From the human T2T-CHM13v2.0 reference genome, Homo sapiens, in assembly GCF_009914755.1 (NCBI RefSeq), contig NC_060942.1: a stretch of 64,000 nt of DNA; one strand, 5' to 3'. The notes under the pieces were generated by a model that worked only from the letters and a program-made list of their open reading frames with translations, made no database searches and was not told the origin of the DNA. Positions 25,518-37,232 of the stretch are shown piece by piece. Every line of letters starts with the position of its first letter. Position 1 is the stretch's first letter. The position numbers were made by a program, and so were the translations under genes.

Positions 25518-26274
25518 TGAAACTGCCTTTGCAGAAATTATAACTGAGGTAATTATAATACTGAAAGAGATCAGATCTAACCACCTCCATTTTGCTTCAA
25601 CCTCTAAGCTGTCCTTGTTCATTCCTGGGTGATGGCTAATCTAACCTTGGGAAGGAATTTAGTTTATAGTCTAACTTTGAGACAAAAATGATAATATACC
25701 TTTCTTGGAAACAAACAAACAAACAAACAAACAGACAAAAAACGCTTTTTGCCTGCCGACCAGTCTGCCTTTTTAGGACTAACAAATTAGCTACAAGATT
25801 AGAAATTATGGTTTAGGGGCCATGCAGCCTGCAGCTGTAAGAGTCTGAACCTCCCCAGATTACTCCTGTGAATAACACCACTGTTGTAAAACCTAAGATC
25901 AGTGCTTGAGATATTTTGCAGACCCTGCATTCTGATGTACCAGCTGACAGCACCCAGACCAGTAATCTCGTTCAACCAGTTCTGCAATCCCACTCAGGAA
26001 CGGAAGACAGCAAGAAAAACACTTTGAGCCCCCTATGATTCCATCTCCAGCCCCACCAATCAGCACGCCCTACTTCCCCTGTCGCTGCCCGCCAAATTAT
26101 CCTTAAACACTCCCATCCCAGAGTTTTTGAGGAGGCTGATTTGAATAATAATAAAACTCTGGTCTCCTTCACAGCCGGCCCTGCATGAATTACTCTTTCT
26201 CTATTGCAATCCCCTGTCTTGATAAATAGGCGCTGTCTAGGCAGTGGGCAAGGTGAACTTGTTGGGCGGTTACA
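25518..26274 (+). mobile_element. LTR8-family ERV1 solo LTR
   Basis: 'tgaaactgcctttgcagaaattataactgag' to 'gggcggttaca'; AATAAA at 26149; TSD GAAG/AAAG; internal (AAAC)n near 25708-25735. Confidence 0.9.
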
Positions 26275-26288
26275 AAAGTGCATATTCT

Positions 26289-26867
26289 TGAAGGAAATCA
26301 AAATACTTTACCTCCAAATGCATCTCTTTGAGGTATTTTGAAATGGCTGCTGCAGCACGAGCAGGCTGAAATGGTCTTGCAAAGCTATCTTTTGTGGAGG
26401 AAATTTGTCTCTCTACAGAATCTCCATTAATGAAGCCAGGCCTTCCATTTCTAGGCTTTTCTTGGATCCAGGTGAGATTAACTCAGCCTGACACCTTTAA
26501 AGGTCAGAAAAGAGACATTTGCCATCTATTCTCTCTGAGGAATGCTACTTTCGAGATTTCCTCTATATAACAAGACCTGCTTTCCTAGACAAGCTTCTTC
26601 CTTTCTCTCTCTCACAACCTATCTTGCCAGTAAAACCCGATTTATCACCATAACCTGTTTTTGGCTATGGTCTGCACCCTCATTCTTTATCTAACCTCAG
26701 GATGGTGTATAAGCTTTGTACCTTACTGAGGGGTTGGGCCTTCATTCCGAAGACCCTCGGGTATACATGTTAAATAAATTCCTATGCCTTTTCCCCTGTT
26801 AATCAATCTGCCTCATGTCAGTGATTTTCAGCGAACCTCTAGAGGGCCAAGGGCCTTGGCCTCCACA
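26289..26867 (+). mobile_element. MER39/MER34-family ERV1 solo LTR
   Basis: 'tgaaggaaatcaaaatactttacc' to 'ccttggcctccaca'; perfect 4-bp TSD TTCT. Confidence 0.82.
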
Positions 26868-26899
26868 TTCTCTTGTTGCTTTATTCAGTATAAAAGTAT

Positions 26900-29780
26900 G
26901 GATCCAATCAAATTTTATAAAATAAGATATACTTGACAATGTAGAGAATAGACGCCATGAGATGACTGAGATGAAAACATGCATGGAACAACAGATATAG
27001 AGTAATATAAATGTGGTAAATAAAAATGTTATAAAATGTATTAAAAACTGGGGAACATTTTTCTAGTAGTCGAAGACAGAGTGAAGAACAGAACTGAAAC
27101 TGCAGACAATCAAGAATTATATGAAAGTTCAGCTTAGGAAGCTGCCTAGGATTCAGTGAAAAACAAAAATGAGGTAAAAAGAACTAATGGAAATCAGATT
27201 AATATAAAAGACAAATAATAGAGACCCAAATATGAAAGATTTTTTTTCTGAAGAAGAGTAAGGATAATTACCTAAAAAAAAATATGCAAACGTATTAAGA
27301 TAGAAAACGTTTCAAATTAAGTAATACACTTACTTTGTATATTCAAATGGCTCATGAGTTGTAATTAAAAGGAACTGTATATAGATACAATCTGATGGAT
27401 GTTCAAAAATGACAAAGAAACATACCATCATCTACAGTGAAGAAAATGACTAAATACGATGAGAGAAAAACCATCTGGGTTTCATACTTTTTCACAATGA
27501 TAAAGAAGAGAAAATAATAGAGAAACATCTATTGAGGACTTTACGACATTGTGACAATGTGAGAAGGCAGAGAAAATAAAAATATTGTATGGTAAATGCC
27601 CAGTGGTCTTTGCAGCCCCAGGTGCAACTCTAGGGCTTCACCTGCCAGGTGTTTTCTCAGCCACCCTCAGCTGAGGTGCTTCCTACCTTTTCATCATAGC
27701 TGCAGCCCATTCTTGGCCCACAAGGTTGAAAGCTCTGACAGAAGGGGTTTTAAGGAAAAAGGCTGTGATTTTAACATCCTGAACCCGAGTCAAGTTCCTG
27801 TTCACATGGGAAATTGTAAAGGAAAAGACTGAAAAGCCGTCATTTGTTCTAGTCTGAAAACAAACAACTATCAAACACTTTAAGGTCATATTTAAGTTTA
27901 CTTTGGTATAAGAAAATAAACATTTCAACAAAGAATTTTTAAATGGTGCTACGAAAAATGCCTGATGGTAAAAGGCTAAATCATTACAACAAAATTATAA
28001 AAATCAAGTGTTTTAAAAATAATTAAGGATTAAATACAGGTTGTAACAACACCAACATAAAAGAAACAGTGAAGAGTAGAAGTGAAATAAAGAGTAGAAG
28101 TGAAATAAAGTGTGATAATTTTCTCGTTCCACATACAAGAGGTCAGGATATGCTCTGAAATTACTGATATAACTGTGGACACAGGTTCAGTATTTTAAAA
28201 TAAAAAAATTAACACAAAATGAAAACAGAATATTTACTTTTAAAATCACAAAAGAAAAATTAAACATAATGTAAAAGAAATACACTAAGTATAGAAAGCA
28301 TAAAACTAGAAGACCAAATATAAAAATAAATTGAATGCTTTGAAATGTTCTATTTATATGGAACTCTCAGGCTGTGTGCAAATACTAAAACAGATGTAAT
28401 TGGTAGGATAATTTTGCTATTTAACAGCTGAAAATCTATTCAGAAGAAAGAGTAAACTTTAAATTCGTTATATACATTAAATACATTTGAATACATGAGT
28501 TAGAAAATAAGAAAAACTGAAAGAAGGAGAAATAAATACGTGAATTAAGATACCAAGAAGATTACAGAGTCAAAGAAGATAAATACAATGAAGGAATTAA
28601 TAAAAATAAAAGTAGAAATTAATAAAGAAGACTTAAACCATAAAAATGAAAGCTGGTTCTTGGAAATGACCAATAAAATAGATTCAACTTTGGCAAGTCT
28701 ATTCTAGTTCACTATAGAATACGACAACTAAAAATGAGAAATTAGGAGAGGTTTTTATCAATATTGAAGAGATTAAAATGTTATATAAAAATAATGGATA
28801 TATTATTTGACAATAAATAGAAAAATCCAGATAAGATGGGCATTTTTCTAGGAAACCCCATATAAGAAATTAAAGATATAATGTGTAAATAAACAAGAAA
28901 AATACAAGAAGAGATAATGCAATCATTTTTTAAAATAACAAGGGCAAATTATCTTTATTAGAAAAATGCAAATCCCAAAAGCTTTAAAAAAAGAACTGAC
29001 AAATTTGACTTTGTAAAAATTTAAAACTTCTATCCAAAAAAGAAGATATTACTAAATTTAAAAATAAGGAATAGGAGAAAATGACGGCAACATGTCCACA
29101 GCAACTGGATAAACATGTATAAATTATAAAGAGCTACTATCAATCAGGAGGAAAAAGACACACAAATAGAAAAATAGTCAATGGATATGTACAGGCAAAT
29201 TACTATTGAAGACATACACATGGCTGATAAACATATGAAAATAATTACTCTCATAAATGCAGACTAAAATTATAAAGACATTTTTCTTCCATTAAGATTC
29301 ACTAAATTTGAAGTAATTAGTTACTAATATTGGTCAGGGTATGAGCAAATACTGTTGGTAGGATATGAATTGGTAAAGACTGAAAGCAGAAAGCAATTTT
29401 AGATGATTTTAGATGGATTTTTGATGGATTTTTGTTGTGTATACACACAAATATCCGTGTGTGTGTGTATATATATATACACATATGTATATCCATGTAT
29501 ATGTGATTATATGCATGTGTATAGATATGTCATACATAACATGTATTTATACATGTATGTATTTTGCATGTATATGACTTCATGGAAAGTAGACTAGAAG
29601 GATGCACTTTGTGATCTCCTTTGATAGCGAATGATGGTGGAAGTGGTGGTAAATGAAGCTTTCATGCTATGCTTGATGTTCTTAGATGTTCTTCTATTTT
29701 CTTGTGATGTGTTGTATTTTTAACAGAGAGAAAATGTAATGTATTACTTATTTAAATGAAAATGTACCAGCTTTTAAAAT
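26900..29780 (+). mobile_element. Ancient L1 (L1ME/HAL1-like) fragments
   Basis: A-rich plus strand with degenerate ORF2 text ('agctggttcttggaaatgaccaataaaatagat', 'gacaaatttgactttgtaaaaatttaaaacttct', 'catggctgataaacatatgaaa'). Confidence 0.65.
29439..29575. repeat. (TA/TG/CA)-rich low-complexity repeat
   Basis: Alternating purine-pyrimidine dinucleotides. Confidence 0.8.
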
Positions 29781-29989
29781 AATAAGTGGAGAAGATTTGT
29801 ATTCTAACAGCACAGAAAATCATGTCAGGGGTATCCTTATGGATATTTTCGTTATGAGGCAGATAAGTGTGGAATATTCTATGTTGATGAAGCCAAATTG
29901 ATTGGCACAATAACAGAAATTTTAGGGCCATCTCATGATGACTTGAGAGAGTCTTAAGTGCTGTGGAGCATTTTCCAAAGTCATTTAAC

Positions 29990-30795
29990 TGCTTTGTAAA
30001 TTTAATTTTAAATTACTACCTATTATAAGATGTTAGTTTCCCATTATTGATTTTTTTTGAGTTTCTTACTATTTGCCTTTTAAAATACTCAGTAACAAAT
30101 AATGTTTTTGTGTATACATTTGTTGTAATATCTAGTTATTTTTTATGATAGAGTACTATGGCCTATAAATGTTTTTATACCTCTTGGTATTTATTGCCAA
30201 ATAGCTTCCTGGTAAGATTATCACAATTTTCCATCTCATCAACAGTGTAAAACAGTGCCTATTTCACCCCCAATTATGAGAAAAGAAACAGCAGCAACAT
30301 TAAACGTTTAATGTGCTATATCCTGTATATATATTTTTTATTTTTAATGTTTCTTTGAATTTGAGCATTTTCTCTTTATTTCAAGATATTTGTTTCTATT
30401 TTAGAATACTTTATACATTGGCCCATTGATTCTTTTGCATTTTTCTTAATTTGTAACTTTACATATGTGTTGCAAATGTTTCTTATAGTATATTACATTG
30501 TTATAATTTTGTTTATGCTTTCTATTTTTATCATATAAATTTAAAAATTCAAAATATTTAACTGTCTCTGAAATCTCCATACAGCCATTATCCAGATTCA
30601 CACTGATCAAATTTTACCATATTTGCTTCATCTAGCCTCTGTATTTCATTTTTCCTTGTTGAAGTTTTAAAAAGAATGTCCTGAACATAGTGTCATATTA
30701 TCCCTACACATTCAATACATCTCCCCCAAAATAGGAGCCTGTTCTTACATAATCTTAATACTATTAGCTCACTTAATAAATTTAACATTATTTCT
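29990..30795 (-). mobile_element. Ancient L1 (L1ME-like) fragments
   Basis: 'aattttccatctcatcaacagtgtaaaacagtgcctatttcaccc', 'ttttaccatatttgcttcatct'. Confidence 0.55.
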
Positions 30796-30799
30796 TTGG

Positions 30800-31130
30800 G
30801 GCATGGTTATTCCTGGTTTGCCTTTCTATGTTTGTCCTCAGCCCGTCTCCACTGTGCTCTGAGTGATGGAAGACTCTGCTCTAAACTGCATCACTGAACT
30901 CCCCTTTCCTTTGGCTCCCATTTGTGGAGGAGAATAAGTTTGGGGGGGCAGGAGAGTAGGTTCAGAAGTTTATTTCCTGGTCGCTTTTCTGCTGGGCTGC
31001 CTGGCTGTGCTTTTCTAACTAAGATGATGGCTTTTTCAGGGTAGATTTGTGATTCAGTCATGGGTCTTCCTAGATTGTGGTATCCACTCTTTCCCTGCTC
31101 TCTTTTAGGCCTAATGGTAATAATAACTGT
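30800..31130 (+). mobile_element. LTR33-like partial LTR
   Basis: Similar motif order to 10724-11246 ('ggcaggagagtaggttcagaagtttatttcctgg', 'aggcctaatggtaataataact'). Confidence 0.5.
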
Positions 31131-31347
31131 TGATTTAATCTGTTATCTGGATTATAACCAAATTATCTTAATTGTCGCAAAAATATGTTTTGGTTTCTTT
31201 AGATTTTTAAAAAGTCAACAGTTTTGTTTATTTCAAAATATAAACAAGGTCAATACTTTATATTCAGTTGTCATTTGAGTCACAAATATCTTTTAGTATA
31301 ATTTAGTTCCCTTTTTATATACATATATATGTATATATATATATATA

Positions 31348-31649
31348 TTTTTTTTTTTTTTGAGAAAGAGTCTCACTCTGTTGTCCAGGCCGGAGGGCAG
31401 TGGCATGATCTCGGCTCACTGCAACCTCTGTTTCCCAGGTTCAAGTGATTCTCCCACCTCAGCCTCCTGAGTAGCTGGGATTATAGGCACAGGCCACGAT
31501 GCCTGGCTAATTTTTGTATTTTTAGTAGAGATGGGGTTTCTACTAAACCATGTTGGCCAGGCTGGTCTTGAACTCCTGACCTCCAGTGATCTGCCCACCT
31601 TGGCCTCCCAAAGTGCTGAGATTACAGGCACGAGCCACCGTGCCCGGAC
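31348..31649 (-). mobile_element. Full-length AluS preceded by (TA)n
   Basis: Complete dimer, T14 tail, (TA)n at about 31316-31347. Confidence 0.96.
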
Positions 31650-31802
31650 TACTTTTTTCCTTCTTATTGTTTTACTGTAAAAACAAGTTTGGATGTCCCA
31701 AAGAATGTCCTACATTCCAGATCTTCTCCATATGATTATGTCACCAACTTGACATGTCATTAGGTTTGTTTGTTTAAATGTATCTGCAGTTTTGAAGATT
31801 GC

Positions 31803-32123
31803 TTTCTTGTTGTTGTTATTTATTTATTTATTTTTCTTTATTTTAGAGAGAGTCTCACTGTCACCTAGGCTGGAGCACAGTGGTGCCATCTTGGCTCACT
31901 GCAACCTCCGCCTGTCGGGTTCAAATGATTCTCATGTCTCAGCCTCCCAAGTAGCTGGGATTACAGGTGTGCGCCACCATGCCTGGCTAATTTTTGTATT
32001 TTTAGTAGAGATGGGGTTTCACCAATTCGGCCAGGCTGGTCTGGAACTCCTGACCTCAGGTGATCCGCTCACCTCAGCCTCCCAAAGTGCTGGGATTACA
32101 GGTGTGAGCCACTGTGCCCAGCC
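31803..32123 (-). mobile_element. Full-length AluS (Sx/Sz-like)
   Basis: Complete dimer with (TTG)/(TTTA) tail. Confidence 0.96.
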
Positions 32124-32624
32124 TATTTAATTGTTAGATATATGAAGCATGGACTTCCAAAATTAGCACTATATATCAGAGCATTTTTAGTGAAATTTCA
32201 CTTCCTATTCTGTCTCTAGGTCCCCTGTCTTTCTGTATAGATAACTTCTTTTTTAAAAAAATAGTTTTTGGATTCTTCTTCCAGTGATTATTTTTCAAAC
32301 AAACATTCAGTTTTCCAATCAACATTTTTAAAAGGTCTACCTTTCTTCTACTGATATGATAGAATGTCATTTAAAGAATTTCCAGATGTACTTTGATCTA
32401 CTTTGGATTTCCTATTCTTTTCCACTGGTTCATGCACAAATATTAATTTTTTAAATTATAGAAACATAATAATGTGATTTAATATATGGTAGGAAAAGTT
32501 CTTTTACCACGATATTTTTTCAATTGTTAAAAAGATGTTTTTGCTTATTTGATTTTATATTAATTTTAAAATCATATTGTCTATCTCCCAAAAGAAAAAA
32601 ATACTTGTTGGTGTTTTTGGTGGT

Positions 32625-32962
32625 TTTAGGAATGTGTCCACACATTTTTGATAGTCCTCCCCTCAAGAGGTGGAACTTTATTCTCCTCTTGAATGTGAGC
32701 TGAACTAAGTGATTCATTTCTAGTGAATAAAATATGGCATGAATAAAATATGGCAACAGTGTTGAGATGTTACTTCTAGGATTAGGTTATGAAAAGAGTG
32801 CAGCCACTGGCTTGGATGTGTGCTCTTGCTCTCTCTCTCCTGAATCACTCACTTGGAGGAGGCAGCGGCAATGTTATGAGGCACCCCTGCAGACAAGGAG
32901 GGCAGCTGCTGTACTGTGAGCACACCCAGGCAAGCCTATGGTGAGGCGCATGTCCAGAGACC
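32625..32962 (+). mobile_element. MLT1F/G/H-type LTR, 5' half
   Basis: 'cctcccctcaagaggtggaac...cttgaatgtgagctg...ctaggattaggttatgaaaag'; 16-bp tandem duplication TGAATAAAATATGGCA at 32724-32755. Confidence 0.72.
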
Positions 32963-33658
32963 AGTGGTGAAAGAAGTGGCTTCACTTTCCTTTACTCCAA
33001 GTGACCACTAGGGGAATTTGGATCCTCGCATCCCTGCAACTCTAGACTCTACAGGGTTTGAGGTCTTGGTTCTCAAGTGCATGCTGTCTAGCTAGAGGAC
33101 ACAGACAAGTTTCCATTAAATTACATGTTATCACTGCTTCTTGAGCATGTTGAACTCTTAGTGCCTAGGCATACCACGTGAATGAAAATGTGATTATGTC
33201 AGTGATAATTGATCTTAATTAAAAAGAGGAAGTGGCGCTTCTTTTACAAAATGATGACGAGATGGTATGTATATGGAACCCAGGCAGTCCATTTGAGTGC
33301 CTCCTGTTACTTCCTTGGCCTATTGTTATTGTGAATGGACATGTATGGCGAATCTGGACTGAGAAGAGCATGATTATCAAGAGTTCTGACCCCTTAGAAT
33401 TGAAGGTTTGACTCAAACCACCTGGAAGTTTACTAAAACATACTGAGGTGATAGCTGAGGGTGAGAGGAACTTTGAATGGATAGTGGAGGGTGAGGATGA
33501 GTCCCAGTTGTGTTTCTGAAAGCAGCGGCTGTGATGGGAGCTGCAGGCTGTCACACTCGTTTCTGCTTTCTAAGTTTCCTATCAGGAAGAGAAGCCTGTG
33601 GAAATAACAGAAAAGCTGCTCCCTGAACTATGCTAAGAAGCCTCTCTGTGGGCAAAAC
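32963..33658 (+). mobile_element. ERVL internal 3' segment (ERV3-16A3-like)
   Basis: Degenerate ERVL pol-3' text ('ccctgcaactctagactct...gaggtcttggttctcaa', 'tggaacccagg', 'ttagaattgaaggtttga') directly upstream of an LTR16-like LTR. Confidence 0.65.
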
Positions 33659-34109
33659 TGTAGCAGTCAAAAGAAAGCATCTCTCGGATGCATTTACATG
33701 CATAATTGCCCAAAGGTTTTAGCTGCGGCACTCTTGAAATCCATCCCTGCAATGGTACCAGGCCTATTCTTGCCATTGGCTGCCCCCAGCCAATGACCGA
33801 ATGCAGCTGGAATACCAAGGTAGACTCGTTTTCCCAGACAGAGGCTCCTGTGATGAGCCACTTGGGTTCTGGGATTTGCTGATGGGTCTTGCTGAATTTT
33901 CTTTAGAATTTCAGTGTGGTCTATTATATATCCACTCAATTTGTTTTCTTTTCTCTTTCTTTCACTTGTGGTCAGATCTGTACTGTTGTCTGATGGCTGC
34001 TCCAGCCTCTGCTGGTTCTTTTCCCATTTTCTCTCACAGGCATTTCCTTAAATTAATAAATTTCTTCCCTTTGCCGCATCTGTTCATTGGGCGATTGAGA
34101 TTAGCGCAC
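33659..34109 (+). mobile_element. LTR16-family ERVL LTR (3' LTR)
   Basis: 'tgtagcagtc', 'cagccaatgac', 'tctctcacaggcatttcctt...aataaatttctt'. Confidence 0.7.
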
Positions 34110-34253
34110 TTCTTTATATCCAACTCTTGATTTACTACTATGAGTAACATTAAAGTTAGCTAGTAGTTGCTTTCTAATTCTCTTCCCCATCCACTTTCCC
34201 ATTCTCTGATTTGTTCACTATTTCATTTTAATGTTGATGTTCATATTATAAAA

Positions 34254-34450
34254 GAATGGTCAGCAATTTTTTTTTAGAAAGGACCAGACAGTAAATATTT
34301 TAGGCTTGTGAGCCAACTGCTTCATTCTGCCACTGTGATTGTGAAAGCAATCACAGACAATATGTAAATTAATGGGCACGGCTGTGTTCCCATAAAACAT
34401 TGCTTACGCAAACAAGCAATAGGCTGGATTTGGCCCACTGACAACTTCGG
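34254..34450. mobile_element. MER58A MITE
   Basis: 'ggaccagacagtaaatattttaggcttgtgagcca...ggctgtgttcccataaaac...ggctggatttggccc'. Confidence 0.85.
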
Positions 34451-34459
34451 GTCTAAAAT

Positions 34460-36800
34460 ACACTTACATTTCTATCTGATTTTTCATCATGAAGCATATC
34501 CCTTTTACTTCCAGCTATTATCTGTCAAGGAAATCGGTAATTTTTTTTCCTATTTTTCAGTTAATCCCTCCTTCTTTTCCTCTCTTTTTTTCTTTTTCAT
34601 TGCTTTTAATTACTTCTACATTATTAGAGCATGTAACATATGCATATTATTTTGTAAACTTTATTCCTATATATTTTAAAGCCGAGTTCTACAAATATAT
34701 TAAACCTTATCTCCACAGTTATATCACAGCTTCTCCAACCATTTTAAATTTGCTGGAAACTTATCATTTAGTATATTCTTTAGGAAATAATATGAGAACA
34801 GTATTATCTGAGTTCTTTTTAAAAATCTATAATTGTTTTCTTTCACTTTTATAACTGAAGAGTTTGACTATAGAATTCTTGGCTCATACTTTATTTCCCT
34901 GATTATCTTTAAATTGTTGCTCATTGTTTTCTATCATGTAATATTTATGTCAAAAATCAATTATCAGTCGGATTTTCTTCCCTCATATATTTGACTTAGA
35001 CTTTTAGACTAGTTTTCCCAAAATTTTTTTTCCTGTGTCTTTGAATTCTCATGGTTTACTCTGGGTTGTGATTTATGTTGTATACTATATGGCCCCCAAA
35101 ATGTAGATTTAAACATGTATGTTTAAAAAATTTTACTTCAGGCTTATCTTCCTAGACTATAGTTTTAAATATGTGATTTATCTCTTTGCTTTAGTTTGCC
35201 TTTTGGTGACTCCAATTTTGTATGTATTTTATCTTCTTAGCTTGGATTTTACCTTTCTTGCAAATTCTTTTGTTCTCTTAATTCATTTCTGTTTAAATTT
35301 TTATACATTTTCTTTCCATTCTACATTGGCCTTTGTACATTCTGTGATATACATTCATTCTTATATTCCTTCTATTTAGCTTTTATTTCTGAATTTTTTT
35401 TTCTTGGGAAATGTGAAGTCCTAATAAGAGAAGCAGAGTCAGGCTGACAGATGCTGGTGAAAGCAAAAAGAGAAAGCAGATAAGCTCTAAGTCTGCCTTT
35501 CTTCATGGTCCAGGACATGCAACCCTCCTGTGCAAATAACTAACAATCTTCCTGCACCCAGCTATCACCAGCCTGATAGATATATGCAAATTAGTTAGCT
35601 ACAACCTTGGCATTATCAGTACTGCATGTAGCCCTCTCCAGCACAAGCACTGTCTTATAAAATCCTCAGCAAGCCTTTGTCTCTTTGCAGTCAGCTTTTC
35701 TGTTGCTGAGCTGCCCGTTGCTTCCTTGCAACATATTCTCATGCTTTGTCTAATAAGCCTGACTTTCTTTACCTGCAACTATCTTAGTAAAATATTTTTC
35801 CTGCCTACGTGACAGCAGCCACAGATAGTTGCCACCCACAACAGTATTCCTTCTATTTTAGCTTTCATTTCTGAAATTTTTTCCTTGGGAACTTTTGGTT
35901 TTATATTCTCTTGATGTCTAGCCATGTAATTTCAGAGTTTTTCTTTTAAAAATTATGGTATTTTCAAAGCTGCTATTGCTTTCTCAGTGTATTTCTCACT
36001 TTCATTTACTTTCTTGACAAAGTTTCCTAGTGTATTCTCTGTCTATTGAAATATCATTAGGTTCATTTTCATCATTTTTATTGTCAATAACTTTATATGG
36101 TTTATATCATACTGCTTTTTTTTGAGTTTTCATATTTCAATGTTGTGGATTTTCTTAGGTTATTAGGAGGATTTCCCAGAGAGAGAGTCCTTGGATTGAG
36201 AGTTTTCTTTGTTATGTAAAATACTCAAAATATGGCCTCTATGCAGTTGCTTTTCTGCCTTTTAAAGCTAAGTCTAGATCAGAAAGATTTTCTGTCTTCA
36301 ACTGCATGCTTCAGCCCTGAGACATCTAGACCTTGCCTTCCAAGGCGGTCCTCTCAGGCTCAGACTCTAAAGGCATCTTGCCTTGATACTACTTTTCAGG
36401 ATTTACTTACTTTAGGTGTCTCTACCCTGCATGAAGTATCTCTCTCTTTTTTATGCCCAGTGCTCCTGTTCTGCTTACCTTAGTGTTTGCTTCCAGTAGT
36501 GTTCTTTGACAGTAAGGTTTTGTACTTGTAAAAATGAAAATTTTCTTTGTATTTCTCAAGGGCATACACTGACATATCTCTGTTTGATCTTCAGACATTC
36601 ATAAACAATATTAACTCTCTGTGAAACTTATATCCTGTAATGATATTTAGGTTATTCTTAGATCCCTTCACCCTAGCTTTCATTTCAATACGGTCAGGTC
36701 GTTTTGGTTGTGATTATTTTGGAAGAAAGTCTAGTTTTCAAGGCTTGTAGGGTAAGTGATGATTACACTTTAACTCCTTACTCCAATTACATGGTTGTTC
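34460..36800 (-). mobile_element. Ancient L1/HAL1-like ORF1 and 5' region interrupted by an LTR
   Basis: T-rich; 'gtttgactatagaattcttggctcatactttatttccc' resembles ORF1 reverse complement. Confidence 0.5.
35412..35843 (+). mobile_element. MER83/MER84-like ERV1 solo LTR
   Basis: 'tgtgaagtcctaataag...gtctgcctttcttcatggtccaggaca' to 'gccacccacaaca'; TATA-like 'cttataaaa'; flanked by ~47-bp direct repeat. Confidence 0.8.
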
Positions 36801-36865
36801 TACGCAGGTCATGCAGCTCTTGGTGGTTTGGCTACACACATGAAATGTTGCAAAGATGCTCTAAT

Positions 36866-37232
36866 TGTGGTGGCCAAGAAAATATACCTATAATATCTTC
36901 TGCTGGGGAAATATAATTGACTGATGGCCTCAGCAGCTGTCTCTCTATAGATTCACCCATGCGTTTGTTCTTAGACTATAGGACTGAGCACAGTACTGAG
37001 GTGGCCTCCTCCAGTGAGATCCAGGACTCCTCCTACAGGTGACTTTTACTGGATGACTGCCATCAACTCCGCTGAAACTTTTTTGGAACTCTGCTGGAGT
37101 TAAAAACTCCTCCTACCCAGTTATTCTCCATTACCTTTCTCCTTCCACAGGTATCCGACCTACATCACGCTCACTTCCTAATAACTCTCTTGCACATTTA
37201 GCTCATCTTCTCAGCAGATCTGAATTAGCATA
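36866..37232 (+). mobile_element. LTR16C-like solo LTR
   Basis: 'tgtggtggcc...ataattgactgatggcctcagcagctg', 'ggactcctcctacagg', 'cctaataactctcttgcac'. Confidence 0.62.
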
